Shown: positions 1-9,891, counted from the stretch's first letter. The stretch: 64,000 nt of DNA from a bacterium (GCA_037137535.1 JBAXKC010000008.1:1-64000), one strand, 5' to 3'. The notes: generated by a model not told the origin, from the letters alone. Made by a program: numbers and translations.

Positions 1-190
1 CATTATAGACTCTATTTTACTGATTTTGTTTCATTTTTAACCAAACAGCTTCTTAAGGTTTACACAAAAGTTGTTACGGAATCTGATTTAGATAGAAATT
101 AAATTTACACAATAAGTGCTGATAGGAAGATTTCATTTTTGAAGTCTTCCTTCAAAGTATACGCTAAGTTGCTGAAAAATCAAAGACCAA

Positions 191-3100
191 TTATACAGAT
201 AAAATATTAAATAATAGAACACATATATTTTGCTTATATTTATATCCATCCATTAATATGGTTTCCAATTTTTTCACTCTATTAATATCGCTGGGGTATT
301 CATTATGAGATAACCTGATAATTTCTTTTAATAGCTCTCTTAACTTTTTATTATTAAAATTGTCATTAATTTTTGAATCTAAGATATAGCTTAATGCACT
401 TAGAATTTTTTCGCGGATTTGAAAAGCAACAGGTATTGTTTCAAAATTTTTATAAAGTAATAATTTTATTGTTTCACAACAATTTCTAAGTTCATATACA
501 TGTTTTTGTTTATCATCTTTGGATTTAGCACTGAAAAACTTTTCATAAAATAATTGTGCTTCGAGAAATTTTAATTTCAGTTCAAATGATGGACATTCAG
601 AAAGGAAAGGATATGCTCTTTTTATTTCTTCTATAATATTATTTATTGTTGCCAAATAATTATTATTATAATATCTACTTAGATATAATAAGGCATTATT
701 AATTAGAATATCAAATTTATGAATATCATCATGCTCAATATTTTTATTATGTTCATTTAAAATTTTAGAAGCAATTTCATAATTTAATTTAGCTTTGCCA
801 ATATATTCATTTATAGTTGAGTCCCTTCTATCCTTTTTGCAAAAATTTAACCTATCTTTCAAACTTAACTTTGAATTTTTTTCTTTTATTTTTTTTAAAG
901 CCATTAATCTAAAGCTATTTGCTAAGTGAAGTCTATATTTTATTTCATAATTGTTTTTAGTGTCGCCACTAAGTAATAACTCAGGAAAGTTTTCGGATTC
1001 ATTTAAAATATCTTTAATAGTTTCTTCACCTTCATTTTTAAATTCAAATTTGTAATTAGCTAAGGCAATATTACAACTTAAAATCCAAAAATTATATTTT
1101 TCTAAAAGCCCTTTTGTTGTTAGTGATTTAGCGACATCATTAATTTTATTGACTGCTATTATTAAATTTTCGTTAGAATCTTCAATTTCAGATTTGTCCG
1201 TATAAAGAGCTACTATATTTAAATTAATAAATATCCATTCTTTTAAATGCTTTTCTTTATTGTATTCATCTAATGCTTTTTGATAATAATCAAGAGCATT
1301 AGTAAAATCTTTGATCAACCAAGTCAACCTGAATAGTTTATTATAGGCATCACCTGAAGAATTACATATATTTGCATAATGATGAGACGAATTATCTTCG
1401 ATACCTTTTTCAAGGATTTTTTTATAATAATCTTTAGCCTCATTTAGATTACTTATAAATGCAATATAGGAAGAATATCGATGACTTATATAACCGAGAT
1501 AGTAATAATTTTCGTTAATATATTCATCAAGGTTAATATATGTATTAAAATAATTTAATGAAATAAATTGTTCATGGTCAGTATATTTTCTACTTAATTT
1601 ATCGTTAATTTGATTGGCATCGCTATAACATTGTTTTGCTTGATCTAAGTATTTACTTTCATTTTTTTGACTTAATTTATATTTTTTCAAATAGCAATAA
1701 CCTAGCTTTTGTTTTAAAGTTCCATATACAAAGAAAAATTCTTTATCAAACCAGTCAATTAGACATTTATAAATATCAATTGATTTATCTATCAAAGAAT
1801 TATTTAAAACTAAGTTATATTTAGAACATATTTTTGAGGTATAGTAGTAGGAATCTGCAATATTTGCCTGAATATTTCTAAAAATCCAGGTGTTTTGATA
1901 TTCAGGTTTATTAATTAATTCTAATGCTTCATAAAGTTGATTAAATCCCAGATTCAAATAATAATCATCAAGTATTCCTTCTGCTTTTATAATTATTTGA
2001 GCCATTGCAACATGTGCTTCTCCAATATAGTTTAATGTTTTAGAATGATCAAAAATATTATTATTGGATTTATAGTACTGCAAATTATCATCAAAAAATT
2101 GAATAGCTGAATAATATTTGTTTTTTAATACCTCAATCTCAAGAGTTGAAAGGTGTTCTTTTTTTAGTGATAATCTTATTTCAGTAAGAAAAGAATAACC
2201 TATTTGATTTGTAATTTCTGCAAATAGCTCAGGGAATTCACTTATAGTGAATTTTTTTAATATTTCACTATATTTTTCAATAGCCATTTTAATTAAATAA
2301 AGTTTAATACTGCAATCTAATGTAAATATTTTACTTTTTTGTATAAATAAATCAGCTTCAATCTTTTGAGATTGTAGATATAAAAAATTATTGTTATTAA
2401 TTAATTTTGATTTCATCTCATCCAGTAATGAATTAATTTCTCTCATTTTAGACTCATCGCATGTTATTTCTAATAGCAAAATCAAAGATTTAACGCGTAA
2501 AAATTTAATTTCACATAATTCATCAAAATTATCTTTGATGTTATTACAACTTTCTAAATTTTGAAGTGAATGATTAATGTCTTCAAAAAAATCTTTAAAA
2601 GCATTAATTCTGAAATTTTCTATATTAACATTAGTAATAGTGGATCTTTTAAAATTAGTAATGTCTATATTGTTTATTTCTTTTGAACAGTTTAAGTATG
2701 TAAGAATAATTGCCAGTTTTTCTTTTTCTATAATTGTAGATTTTTTATTATCTATTATTTTTTTACGATTCGAATTATTTATATTATTTTCTGTAATTTT
2801 ATTAAGTAAATTAGAGGCAGAATTAATTAAACTCATTGCATCAATATAATTCTTAACAGATTGACTTGATTCTAATAAAAATCGATTAGCTTTAGCCATG
2901 CCTATTAAGATTTCAATATAATCACTATCATTGTTTTTAATAAGTTGTTTTTTTAACATTATGTATATATTTAATGCTTTATTACAATTAATTTCTTTAT
3001 CCTTATAAGTAGCAAGTTTCAAGTAGGCTTTTGCCAACAAAAGGTTAATTTCTATATATTGAGATAAATTGCTATTCTGAATTTTATCATTATCTATAGT

Positions 3101-4720
3101 TATTTTTTCTATATCAATTTCTTCAAATTTCAAGGAGAATTTTTCTAATCCAACTGAATGAAGGTTTATTTTTTCGGCAAACGTGTTGTTTGAACTGCTT
3201 AACTTATCTCTACATTTTAAATAAATATTAATTGCTTTTAACATATACTCTACGCTACTGTTAATTTCAGCTCTTTTTTCACAAATTTGTCCATATTGAA
3301 TTTCGCATTGTTCAAGTTCTTTAAAAATTTTAATTGCTTCATCTAAATTGTTTTCTTTACTTGTCAATTTTGAAAGCTCAAGATAAGTATTTCCAATATT
3401 TTCATTAAGACTATCAATAGTTAACTTTTTTAGAAATCTATCACAAATAAGAGGAGCATTACTTTTACAATCACTTTTTATCTTGTTTTCACAACAAATT
3501 TTTGCTTCGTTATATGCTTTTAGTGCATTTGTATAATTTTTTTTAGGCTCATGGGTTGTTGCTAATAATTTATAATAATCACCAAATAATTTCCTTGTCA
3601 TTGCATATCCGCAGAAGTTTTCTTCTTTAACATATTCTTCTTCAGCCTTAATTAAATTTTCATTTATTGATTCAAATCTTCTGTCATTATCTTGGTAATT
3701 TTTATTTTCAGTTATAAATATTATTGAACTGTGAGCAAGCTTATTTCTAATTCTAGCAATTTTAATTTTTGAAAATTTTAAGCATTCAGTTTTTTTAATA
3801 AAATTTAGTTGACTTATTAAGTTAAATTTTAATTGGTCTATTAATAAAAAGTAATTTTTTAAAGCTTCATTATATTTACAAATGGTTAAATCCAAATTAA
3901 ATGCTTTGGTAACAAGCAAAAGATAGGCATCACCTTGTTTTTCAAATAAATCTGCTCTTTTTTCAATTATAGATGTATTGTTTTTATTATTTTTTAAACT
4001 GTTTTCTTGAATCTTTTTGATATCAAGTTCTTTATCATAGTACATTATTGCTAAATTTACGTTATATCTTAGTTTGCCTTTTAAGTGTTCTGATTCTTTT
4101 TTTGCTTCCGTATCGAATTTTGCTATTTCATAATAAGTGTCACCAATTTTCTCATATAAATTCAATTCTGTTAGTTCATTGAATTTTTCTTCTACTTCTA
4201 ATTGTTCTTCTGCTTTTTTTAAGTGACTTATAGCATTATCCAGATTAATTTTAGTTTCTTCGTTATTTTTCTTGGCTTTCTCCAAATACAATTCACCTAT
4301 ATGAAAATTTACTTTATAGGTGGGATAAAGATAAGAACTAATTATACCTGTTATAAATGCCAAATTCATTATTTTATCAAGCAAATTTTTAAAACTGGTA
4401 TTGAAAATTTTGTCATCTGTTTCTTCTTGGTTTTTTATTATCATTTTTAATGTTTTTATTTTTTCATCTATAGAATTGCTATTTTTAAATAACTTACGAT
4501 AATAAATATATTTTTTTATTACAAACCTAATTATTAGAAGGCTAAGTATTATAATGAAAACTGTTAAAATAGGATGTTCATTTGAGAGAATATGCCCTAT
4601 AAATCCCCTTACTGCACAAATAGCACTATTAATAATACATATAATAAAATTTAAACAACTCATAATTATAAAAACTATAAAATTTAAAATATAAATTATA
4701 AAATTCAAAAAAGATTCCAT
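191..4720 (-). CDS. Very large TPR-like helical repeat protein with N-terminal hydrophobic/transmembrane segments
   Basis: 1509-aa ORF with repeated TPR-like units (e.g. IGDTYYEIA, QGDAYLLL, IGNTYLELS, LGYCYLKKY, SGDAYNKL); hydrophobic residues ~1-67; RBS AGAGG upstream. Confidence 0.75.
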   Translation of the reverse strand: MESFLNFIIYILNFIVFIIMSCLNFIICIINSAICAVRGFIGHILSNEHPILTVFIIILSLLIIRFVIKKYIYYRKLFKNSNSIDEKIKTLKMIIKNQEETDDKIFNTSFKNLLDKIMNLAFITGIISSYLYPTYKVNFHIGELYLEKAKKNNEETKINLDNAISHLKKAEEQLEVEEKFNELTELNLYEKIGDTYYEIAKFDTEAKKESEHLKGKLRYNVNLAIMYYDKELDIKKIQENSLKNNKNNTSIIEKRADLFEKQGDAYLLLVTKAFNLDLTICKYNEALKNYFLLIDQLKFNLISQLNFIKKTECLKFSKIKIARIRNKLAHSSIIFITENKNYQDNDRRFESINENLIKAEEEYVKEENFCGYAMTRKLFGDYYKLLATTHEPKKNYTNALKAYNEAKICCENKIKSDCKSNAPLICDRFLKKLTIDSLNENIGNTYLELSKLTSKENNLDEAIKIFKELEQCEIQYGQICEKRAEINSSVEYMLKAINIYLKCRDKLSSSNNTFAEKINLHSVGLEKFSLKFEEIDIEKITIDNDKIQNSNLSQYIEINLLLAKAYLKLATYKDKEINCNKALNIYIMLKKQLIKNNDSDYIEILIGMAKANRFLLESSQSVKNYIDAMSLINSASNLLNKITENNINNSNRKKIIDNKKSTIIEKEKLAIILTYLNCSKEINNIDITNFKRSTITNVNIENFRINAFKDFFEDINHSLQNLESCNNIKDNFDELCEIKFLRVKSLILLLEITCDESKMREINSLLDEMKSKLINNNNFLYLQSQKIEADLFIQKSKIFTLDCSIKLYLIKMAIEKYSEILKKFTISEFPELFAEITNQIGYSFLTEIRLSLKKEHLSTLEIEVLKNKYYSAIQFFDDNLQYYKSNNNIFDHSKTLNYIGEAHVAMAQIIIKAEGILDDYYLNLGFNQLYEALELINKPEYQNTWIFRNIQANIADSYYYTSKICSKYNLVLNNSLIDKSIDIYKCLIDWFDKEFFFVYGTLKQKLGYCYLKKYKLSQKNESKYLDQAKQCYSDANQINDKLSRKYTDHEQFISLNYFNTYINLDEYINENYYYLGYISHRYSSYIAFISNLNEAKDYYKKILEKGIEDNSSHHYANICNSSGDAYNKLFRLTWLIKDFTNALDYYQKALDEYNKEKHLKEWIFINLNIVALYTDKSEIEDSNENLIIAVNKINDVAKSLTTKGLLEKYNFWILSCNIALANYKFEFKNEGEETIKDILNESENFPELLLSGDTKNNYEIKYRLHLANSFRLMALKKIKEKNSKLSLKDRLNFCKKDRRDSTINEYIGKAKLNYEIASKILNEHNKNIEHDDIHKFDILINNALLYLSRYYNNNYLATINNIIEEIKRAYPFLSECPSFELKLKFLEAQLFYEKFFSAKSKDDKQKHVYELRNCCETIKLLLYKNFETIPVAFQIREKILSALSYILDSKINDNFNNKKLRELLKEIIRLSHNEYPSDINRVKKLETILMDGYKYKQNICVLLFNILSV

Positions 4721-4860
4721 TTTAACCTCTATATTTTTTATATACCTTAAATAATTATTAATGAACTTAGGTATAAAATAATCATCATTTTTTCTTAGGA
4801 TAAATTAGTAATAATTTGTTGGTCAAAAATAGTAAGCTATGCAAAAAAATTAACAGACTT

Positions 4861-4944
4861 ACGCAACAAGCACAAAAACATCTAGATTAGAATATTTTCT
4901 CAAAAGAGCAAGCAAGAAAATTTCTTAAAGAAGGACATTTTAAA
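4861..4944 (+). pseudogene. Possible eroded fragment resembling the carbamate kinase C-terminus
   Basis: Frame reads TQQAQKHLD*NIFSKEQARKFLKEGHFK with an in-frame stop; recalls the 'Q..L.....EA..YL.EGHF' segment of carbamate kinases; short match only. Confidence 0.25.
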
Positions 4945-5132
4945 GATGCGGAAAGCAGAGGAACTGCAATAAAAGATGCATTGTTCATCATATTAGAAAT
5001 TTGCAAAATCTGTTTTATACAAGAAATTCGAGTATAATATTTAATTTTAACCCTATTAATATAGCCTTTTTCTCATTTATAAAAAAATTTTTTTGTATAA
5101 AATAATATTATGTTATTTATGATTGGTGAGTC

Positions 5133-6674
5133 TTGAAAAAATTACTTACTTCCTTTCAAATGAAAAGTATAGATTATGAAGCAATAACAAATAAAGGAAT
5201 TTCTTCGCTAATTTTAATGGAAAATGCTGGGCAATGTTTATCTGCTGAAATATTAACAATAACAAATGAAAATAATAATGTACTTTTTTTATGTGGAAAA
5301 GGTAATAATGGCGGTGATGGTTTTGTAGCGGCAAGACATTTAGTATTAAACAATATTAATACTAAAGTTATTTCTGTCTTCAGTAAAGAGTCACTTGCTG
5401 GCGATGCACTTATAAACTATAATAATCTACTTAATTTTAACGAAATAATTCATTTAGAAGATATTTCAAAAGAGCACCTCAATGATTTAATCAATAAACA
5501 TGATATTATTATTGATTCGCTTTTAGGAACTGGCTTGAAAGGTGCTGTAAAAGCTCCTTTAGATGACATAATAAAAATTATAAATAACAGCAATAAATTA
5601 GTTATTGCGGCAGATATTCCATCAGGTATTTGTGCTGATACAGGCAAAATATTAGGAACAGCTATAAAAGCAAAGAAAACAGTAACTTTTGCAACGTCAA
5701 AAGTTGGGATGTATTTATATCCTGCATACGAGTATTGTGGAGAAATTATTAATCGTGAAATTAGTATTCCTAAAACACTATTATATCGTAATGAACATAA
5801 TATAAATTTAGTTACCGAAAGTTATATTACACAAATTTTTCCTAAAAGAATTCAAGACTCTCATAAAAATTTATTTGGTAGGTGCATTGTTATAGCAGGA
5901 TCAAAATTTATGCCTGGAGCAGCTTTGTTAACAGCGAAACCGGTTCTAAAAACAGGTTGTGGATACTGTACTTTAATTACAGAAGAAACAAATATACAAA
6001 GTTTATATGCCTTTATCCCAGAATGCGTATTTAAACCGTTAAATTATCCAAATAACAATAATAATGAGCTGATCAAATCAATAAAACAACATAGCTCGAT
6101 TGTAATTGGTCCTGGTTTAACTACATCTAGAGAAGTTATTAACTTTGTGGAAAATTTATTACTAATTATTGAAAATACTAAAATTCCTCTAATTCTAGAT
6201 GCTGATGCTATAAATTGTCTTTCATTTATCAATAAATTTAAACTTCCAGAAAATTCTGTTATTACACCCCATCCTAAAGAGTTAGCTAATTTATTAGAAG
6301 TTAAAATTGAGGATATTCTTGAAAATAAGATATATTTTACAAGATTAGCATCAGAAAAATACAAGTGTACTACAGTACTTAAAGGGACAAATACAATTAT
6401 TTGTGACAAAGATTTGAACATTTACATCAATAACACAGGAAATTCAGCATTAGCAACAGCAGGAACAGGTGATGTGCTTTCTGGTATAATTGGTGGGTTT
6501 GCCGCTCAAAATTCTAATTTTGTCGATATGGTAATATTATCTGTCTATTTGCATGGAAAATCAGGAGAAATAGCTTCTCTCGAAAAAAATGAATACTCTG
6601 TAACTGCGGGTGATGTAATTAATTGCATTGATAAATCAATAAATTCTGTTTTGAGCAGGAGTAATTTTACCTAA
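5133..6674 (+). CDS. nnr: Bifunctional NAD(P)H-hydrate epimerase/dehydratase
   Basis: LMENAG, CGKGNNGGDG, DSLLGTG, DIPSG (YjeF_N) plus GPGL, DADA, TPHPKE, TAGTGDVLSG (YjeF_C). Confidence 0.95.
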   Translation: MKKLLTSFQMKSIDYEAITNKGISSLILMENAGQCLSAEILTITNENNNVLFLCGKGNNGGDGFVAARHLVLNNINTKVISVFSKESLAGDALINYNNLLNFNEIIHLEDISKEHLNDLINKHDIIIDSLLGTGLKGAVKAPLDDIIKIINNSNKLVIAADIPSGICADTGKILGTAIKAKKTVTFATSKVGMYLYPAYEYCGEIINREISIPKTLLYRNEHNINLVTESYITQIFPKRIQDSHKNLFGRCIVIAGSKFMPGAALLTAKPVLKTGCGYCTLITEETNIQSLYAFIPECVFKPLNYPNNNNNELIKSIKQHSSIVIGPGLTTSREVINFVENLLLIIENTKIPLILDADAINCLSFINKFKLPENSVITPHPKELANLLEVKIEDILENKIYFTRLASEKYKCTTVLKGTNTIICDKDLNIYINNTGNSALATAGTGDVLSGIIGGFAAQNSNFVDMVILSVYLHGKSGEIASLEKNEYSVTAGDVINCIDKSINSVLSRSNFT

Positions 6675-7796
6675 AATACATTTATATTTTGCACCTGTGC
6701 AACTTGGTACATTATTAGGAATCCTGAAATATGTGGTGTAAGCTAAAAGGGCAAAGGCCATGGCTTCTTTGTATTTATTAGAAATATTAAAATCATCATG
6801 AGTTAGAATTTTCATTTTTTCTCCAAAATACTTCTTTAAATATTTAATAATCTCCAAATTATATGCTCCTCCACCACCTAAAATGATTTCATCAATATAT
6901 GTTTTAGGGAAAACAAAATTATAATAAGCATCATATATTGTTTTAGAGGTTAACGCCGTTAATGTTGCAACTGCATTATAGGGATTGTCTGGTGAGTATT
7001 TATCAATTTCATCAAAATATTTATCATTAAAAAGCTCTCTACCAGTTGTTTTAGGAGGTTTAATCAAATAGTAACTATTATCTAATAGTTGTTTTAGCCA
7101 TTCTTCATCCACTTGACCATGACTGGATATAACACCACCTGCATCATATTTTTGATCAAAATATTTTTGGATATACATATCAAGCAGAACATTTCCAGGA
7201 CCTGTATCAAAACCGAATGTATCACAATGTCGGCTTAAAATTGTGACATTTCCAATACCTCCTATATTTTGTATTGCTCTATTAACTGAATTATTTTTAA
7301 AAAATATTTCATCCGCAAAACAAACTAAAGGAGCACCTTGTCCACCAGCTGCAATATCTGCTGTTCTGAAATCCGAAATAACTGTAATATTTGTTTTTTC
7401 TGCGATAATTGAAGACTCACCAACTTGTAAGGTACTTTTTTCTGAATAATTATCAAGTAAAGTATTATAAGGATAATGAAATATAGTTTGTCCATGTGAT
7501 CCTATTAAATCGATTTGATCAGACTTATAACCAGAGACAGAAATTAATTCATTTGTTGCTGAAGCAAAGACATCACCAATCAAGAAATTCAATTTACACA
7601 ACTCTTCAATATTTATATTTTGAGAAAATGCGTTAAAAATCATATTTCTAATTGCGGTTGGATATGGAAAAACAAGCCCATCAATAAATTCAACAGATAA
7701 ATCAGGAGTTATTCGGCATAAAGCAACATCAATTCCATCTGCGGATGTACCAGACATTAGTCCTATTACTAATTTATCTTTCATTTGAATTACCAT
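6636..7796 (-). CDS. anmK: Anhydro-N-acetylmuramic acid kinase
   Basis: GLMSGTSADGID, GSHGQT, DFRTADIAAGGQGAPL, NIGGIGN, FDTGPGN, KEAMAFA motifs; the start may be the ATG at 7784. Confidence 0.95.
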   Translation of the reverse strand: MVIQMKDKLVIGLMSGTSADGIDVALCRITPDLSVEFIDGLVFPYPTAIRNMIFNAFSQNINIEELCKLNFLIGDVFASATNELISVSGYKSDQIDLIGSHGQTIFHYPYNTLLDNYSEKSTLQVGESSIIAEKTNITVISDFRTADIAAGGQGAPLVCFADEIFFKNNSVNRAIQNIGGIGNVTILSRHCDTFGFDTGPGNVLLDMYIQKYFDQKYDAGGVISSHGQVDEEWLKQLLDNSYYLIKPPKTTGRELFNDKYFDEIDKYSPDNPYNAVATLTALTSKTIYDAYYNFVFPKTYIDEIILGGGGAYNLEIIKYLKKYFGEKMKILTHDDFNISNKYKEAMAFALLAYTTYFRIPNNVPSCTGAKYKCILGKITPAQNRIY

Positions 7797-7912
7797 TTGT
7801 ATATTACTTTAATATTCTACTTAATAATATTATTAAGTTATGTAACATATTATTGAATTATCACATAAAAACATTAAAGTTTAGAGTGATCTAGCCGATT
7901 TATATAATATAA

Positions 7913-7984
7913 GACCAAATAAATGGTCATACCCCAACCTCCTCCCCAAAGTCTGGTAGCCGCCCAAAAGGTGGCTTTTATTTT
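7913..7984 (+). ncRNA. Candidate small regulatory RNA (5' hairpin, C-rich single-stranded tract, terminator)
   Basis: TATAAT at 7903-7908; hairpin GACCA-AATAAA-TGGTC (7913-7928); ATACCCCAACCTCCTCCCC tract; terminator that pairs fully only on the + strand although both flanking genes are on -. Confidence 0.55.
7958..7984 (+). terminator. Rho-independent terminator (+ strand)
   Basis: AGCCGCC-CAAAA-GGTGGCT then TTTATTTT; the G:U pair works on +, would be a C:A mismatch on -. Confidence 0.75.
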
Positions 7985-7991
7985 GCTTATT

Positions 7992-8609
7992 TTAATTATC
8001 CCAGCCCAATAATGATTTAAACAAGCCAGAACCAATCGCTGATAAAATATTTTTCCTTACCAAATAATTAGCCCTAGAAGAAATTTCTTTTAATTCGACA
8101 TCTTCAAAACCTTTGCCACTTTGTGGTTGCTTTATATTATTTTCAATTAAATATGATTTAATTTGTTCTGTTGTTGCAATACCTGAATTTATTATTACAG
8201 CTTTATATATTTCATAGTTTAAATTATTTTTAGTGCGCAATAAATTTTTAACTTCAGAGATAGCTTTATCAGGATAGAAATAATTACGTTTAACGTCATT
8301 TGCTTCACTATAATTACGTGAAGATAAAGGACTTGAATTATCGTTTTCAGTCTCGGCAAAATTAACGCCACACTTAACTTCATTTTTTTTACTTATATCA
8401 ATTAAGTCTGAGTTTACTAATCGACTTAAACTTAAAATCAAAGTTTTTAATTTTGTTTCTTTTTCTCTTAATGTACTAAGCTTAGTTATACAATCTTCTA
8501 AATACTCTATTTCGGGTTGTAGTTCCTCAAGCTCTTTTTTAGCTTCAGTAACTAATTCTATCAGTCTTGTTTCACTTGAAAGTGAAGTCGATATCTCATT
8601 ATTATTCAT
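7992..8609 (-). CDS. Hypothetical protein: N-terminal coiled coil plus C-terminal winged-helix-like domain (putative DNA-binding)
   Basis: Heptad-rich residues ~15-65, polar linker, C-terminal helix-helix-helix-wing pattern (LNYEIYKAV...TTEQIKSYL...ISSRANYLVRKNILSAIGSGLFKS). Confidence 0.6.
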   Translation of the reverse strand: MNNNEISTSLSSETRLIELVTEAKKELEELQPEIEYLEDCITKLSTLREKETKLKTLILSLSRLVNSDLIDISKKNEVKCGVNFAETENDNSSPLSSRNYSEANDVKRNYFYPDKAISEVKNLLRTKNNLNYEIYKAVIINSGIATTEQIKSYLIENNIKQPQSGKGFEDVELKEISSRANYLVRKNILSAIGSGLFKSLLGWDN

Positions 8610-8779
8610 AACTTACGTCCATTTGTTGTAACATATTTAATTATACAAAATAATTTTCATAAAGCAATTAAAAGTTTTGCCTAACGTAAGTTTTATGAAT
8701 TCATTGATTTATGAATGATGTACATTTACGTCAAAAGTAACGTAAGTATAGCCCTAATGAATAATAATTTTCTTACGTT
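8610..8779. promoter_or_regulatory. Cluster of TTACGT/ACGTAA sites (putative operator array)
   Basis: ACTTACGT 8611-8618, ACGTAAGT 8684-8691, TTACGT-N8-ACGTAA 8726-8745, CTTACGTT 8772-8779 in a divergent intergenic region. Confidence 0.55.
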
Positions 8780-8862
8780 GAACTTAATTTGTTTTTTTTT
8801 ATTGCATTATTAATTAATATCTAATAAATTTAAAGATAAGGTAAATATAGGAAATATTCTAA

Positions 8863-9891
8863 ATGACAGATTTTTATCCAATTAAAACTGATGACGGAAG
8901 TTTAAGCTTATTTAACAACGAAGTCGGAGATGTCTATCATAGCAGCATTGGAGCGTATAAAGAGAGTTTGGAAAAATTTATTTTTCCGTCAAATATTTTA
9001 GATTTTGTACGTAATAACGATGAAGTTTATATTTTAGATGTCTGTTATGGAATGGGTTATAATTCATTTGCAGCAATTGAAGAAATTTTAAAAGTTAATC
9101 CTAACTGTAAAATTAATATTTACGCTTTAGAATATGATATTTCTGTTCTCGCTTTTTCTGTTTTAGTAGAATTTGAAAAAGTTAAGTCTAACTTTATTCA
9201 ATTTATAAAAAAAGGATTACTTAGCTTTGATAAAATTAATGCAGAAATGAATAATTTAACTTTAAAATATCAAATCTCCCCTAGTGTTTTATCATTGAAG
9301 GATAATTCAAGCACATTTGTACATAATATATATTATCGGACTATATCGAATAGAACTAGTTTATCAGAGGCACAAGTTAAAATTCCAGAAATTCATATAG
9401 AAATAAACAAAAATATAAATTTTCATTTATTTATAGCAGATGCTAGAGACTCCATTATGCTTATACACAATAAAATTGATTTTATATTCCAAGATCCATT
9501 TACCCCATCAAAATTACCAACTTTATGGAGTGTTGAGTTTTTCAAATGTTTATATAATTTATTGAAGCAGAATGGTAATTTAACTACATATAGTGCCGCA
9601 TCTCCAATTCGTTCTGGATTAATTGAAGCTGGATTTCTTATTGCAAAAACTGAACCTGTTGGAAGAAAGAATTGTGGAACAATAGCTTATAAAGATTCAG
9701 AAGCCACTTATAAACAGCTTACGGAAGAAGAGACAGGCCTACTAGAGACTAATGCCGGTATTCCATATTATGATATGAATTTATCAGCGACTGCAGAAGA
9801 TATTTTAAGTTTTCGTGAAGAAATGATTAGTTACTCAACTAGACAATCCACCAGTAGTTATTTTAAAAGCTTAAATAAAATAAAAGATTAA
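8863..9891 (+). CDS. MnmC-family (MnmD-like) SAM-dependent methyltransferase
   Basis: TDDGSLSL, YHSSIGA, ILDVCYGMGYN, ADAR, FQDPFTP...PTLWS, TTYSAA motifs; no FAD oxidase domain. Confidence 0.85.
   Translation: MTDFYPIKTDDGSLSLFNNEVGDVYHSSIGAYKESLEKFIFPSNILDFVRNNDEVYILDVCYGMGYNSFAAIEEILKVNPNCKINIYALEYDISVLAFSVLVEFEKVKSNFIQFIKKGLLSFDKINAEMNNLTLKYQISPSVLSLKDNSSTFVHNIYYRTISNRTSLSEAQVKIPEIHIEINKNINFHLFIADARDSIMLIHNKIDFIFQDPFTPSKLPTLWSVEFFKCLYNLLKQNGNLTTYSAASPIRSGLIEAGFLIAKTEPVGRKNCGTIAYKDSEATYKQLTEEETGLLETNAGIPYYDMNLSATAEDILSFREEMISYSTRQSTSSYFKSLNKIKD

Noticed and set aside
6636-6674. 39-bp convergent overlap of nnr and anmK as a regulatory feature
   Set aside because: Short tail-to-tail overlaps are common in compact genomes and there is no further signal
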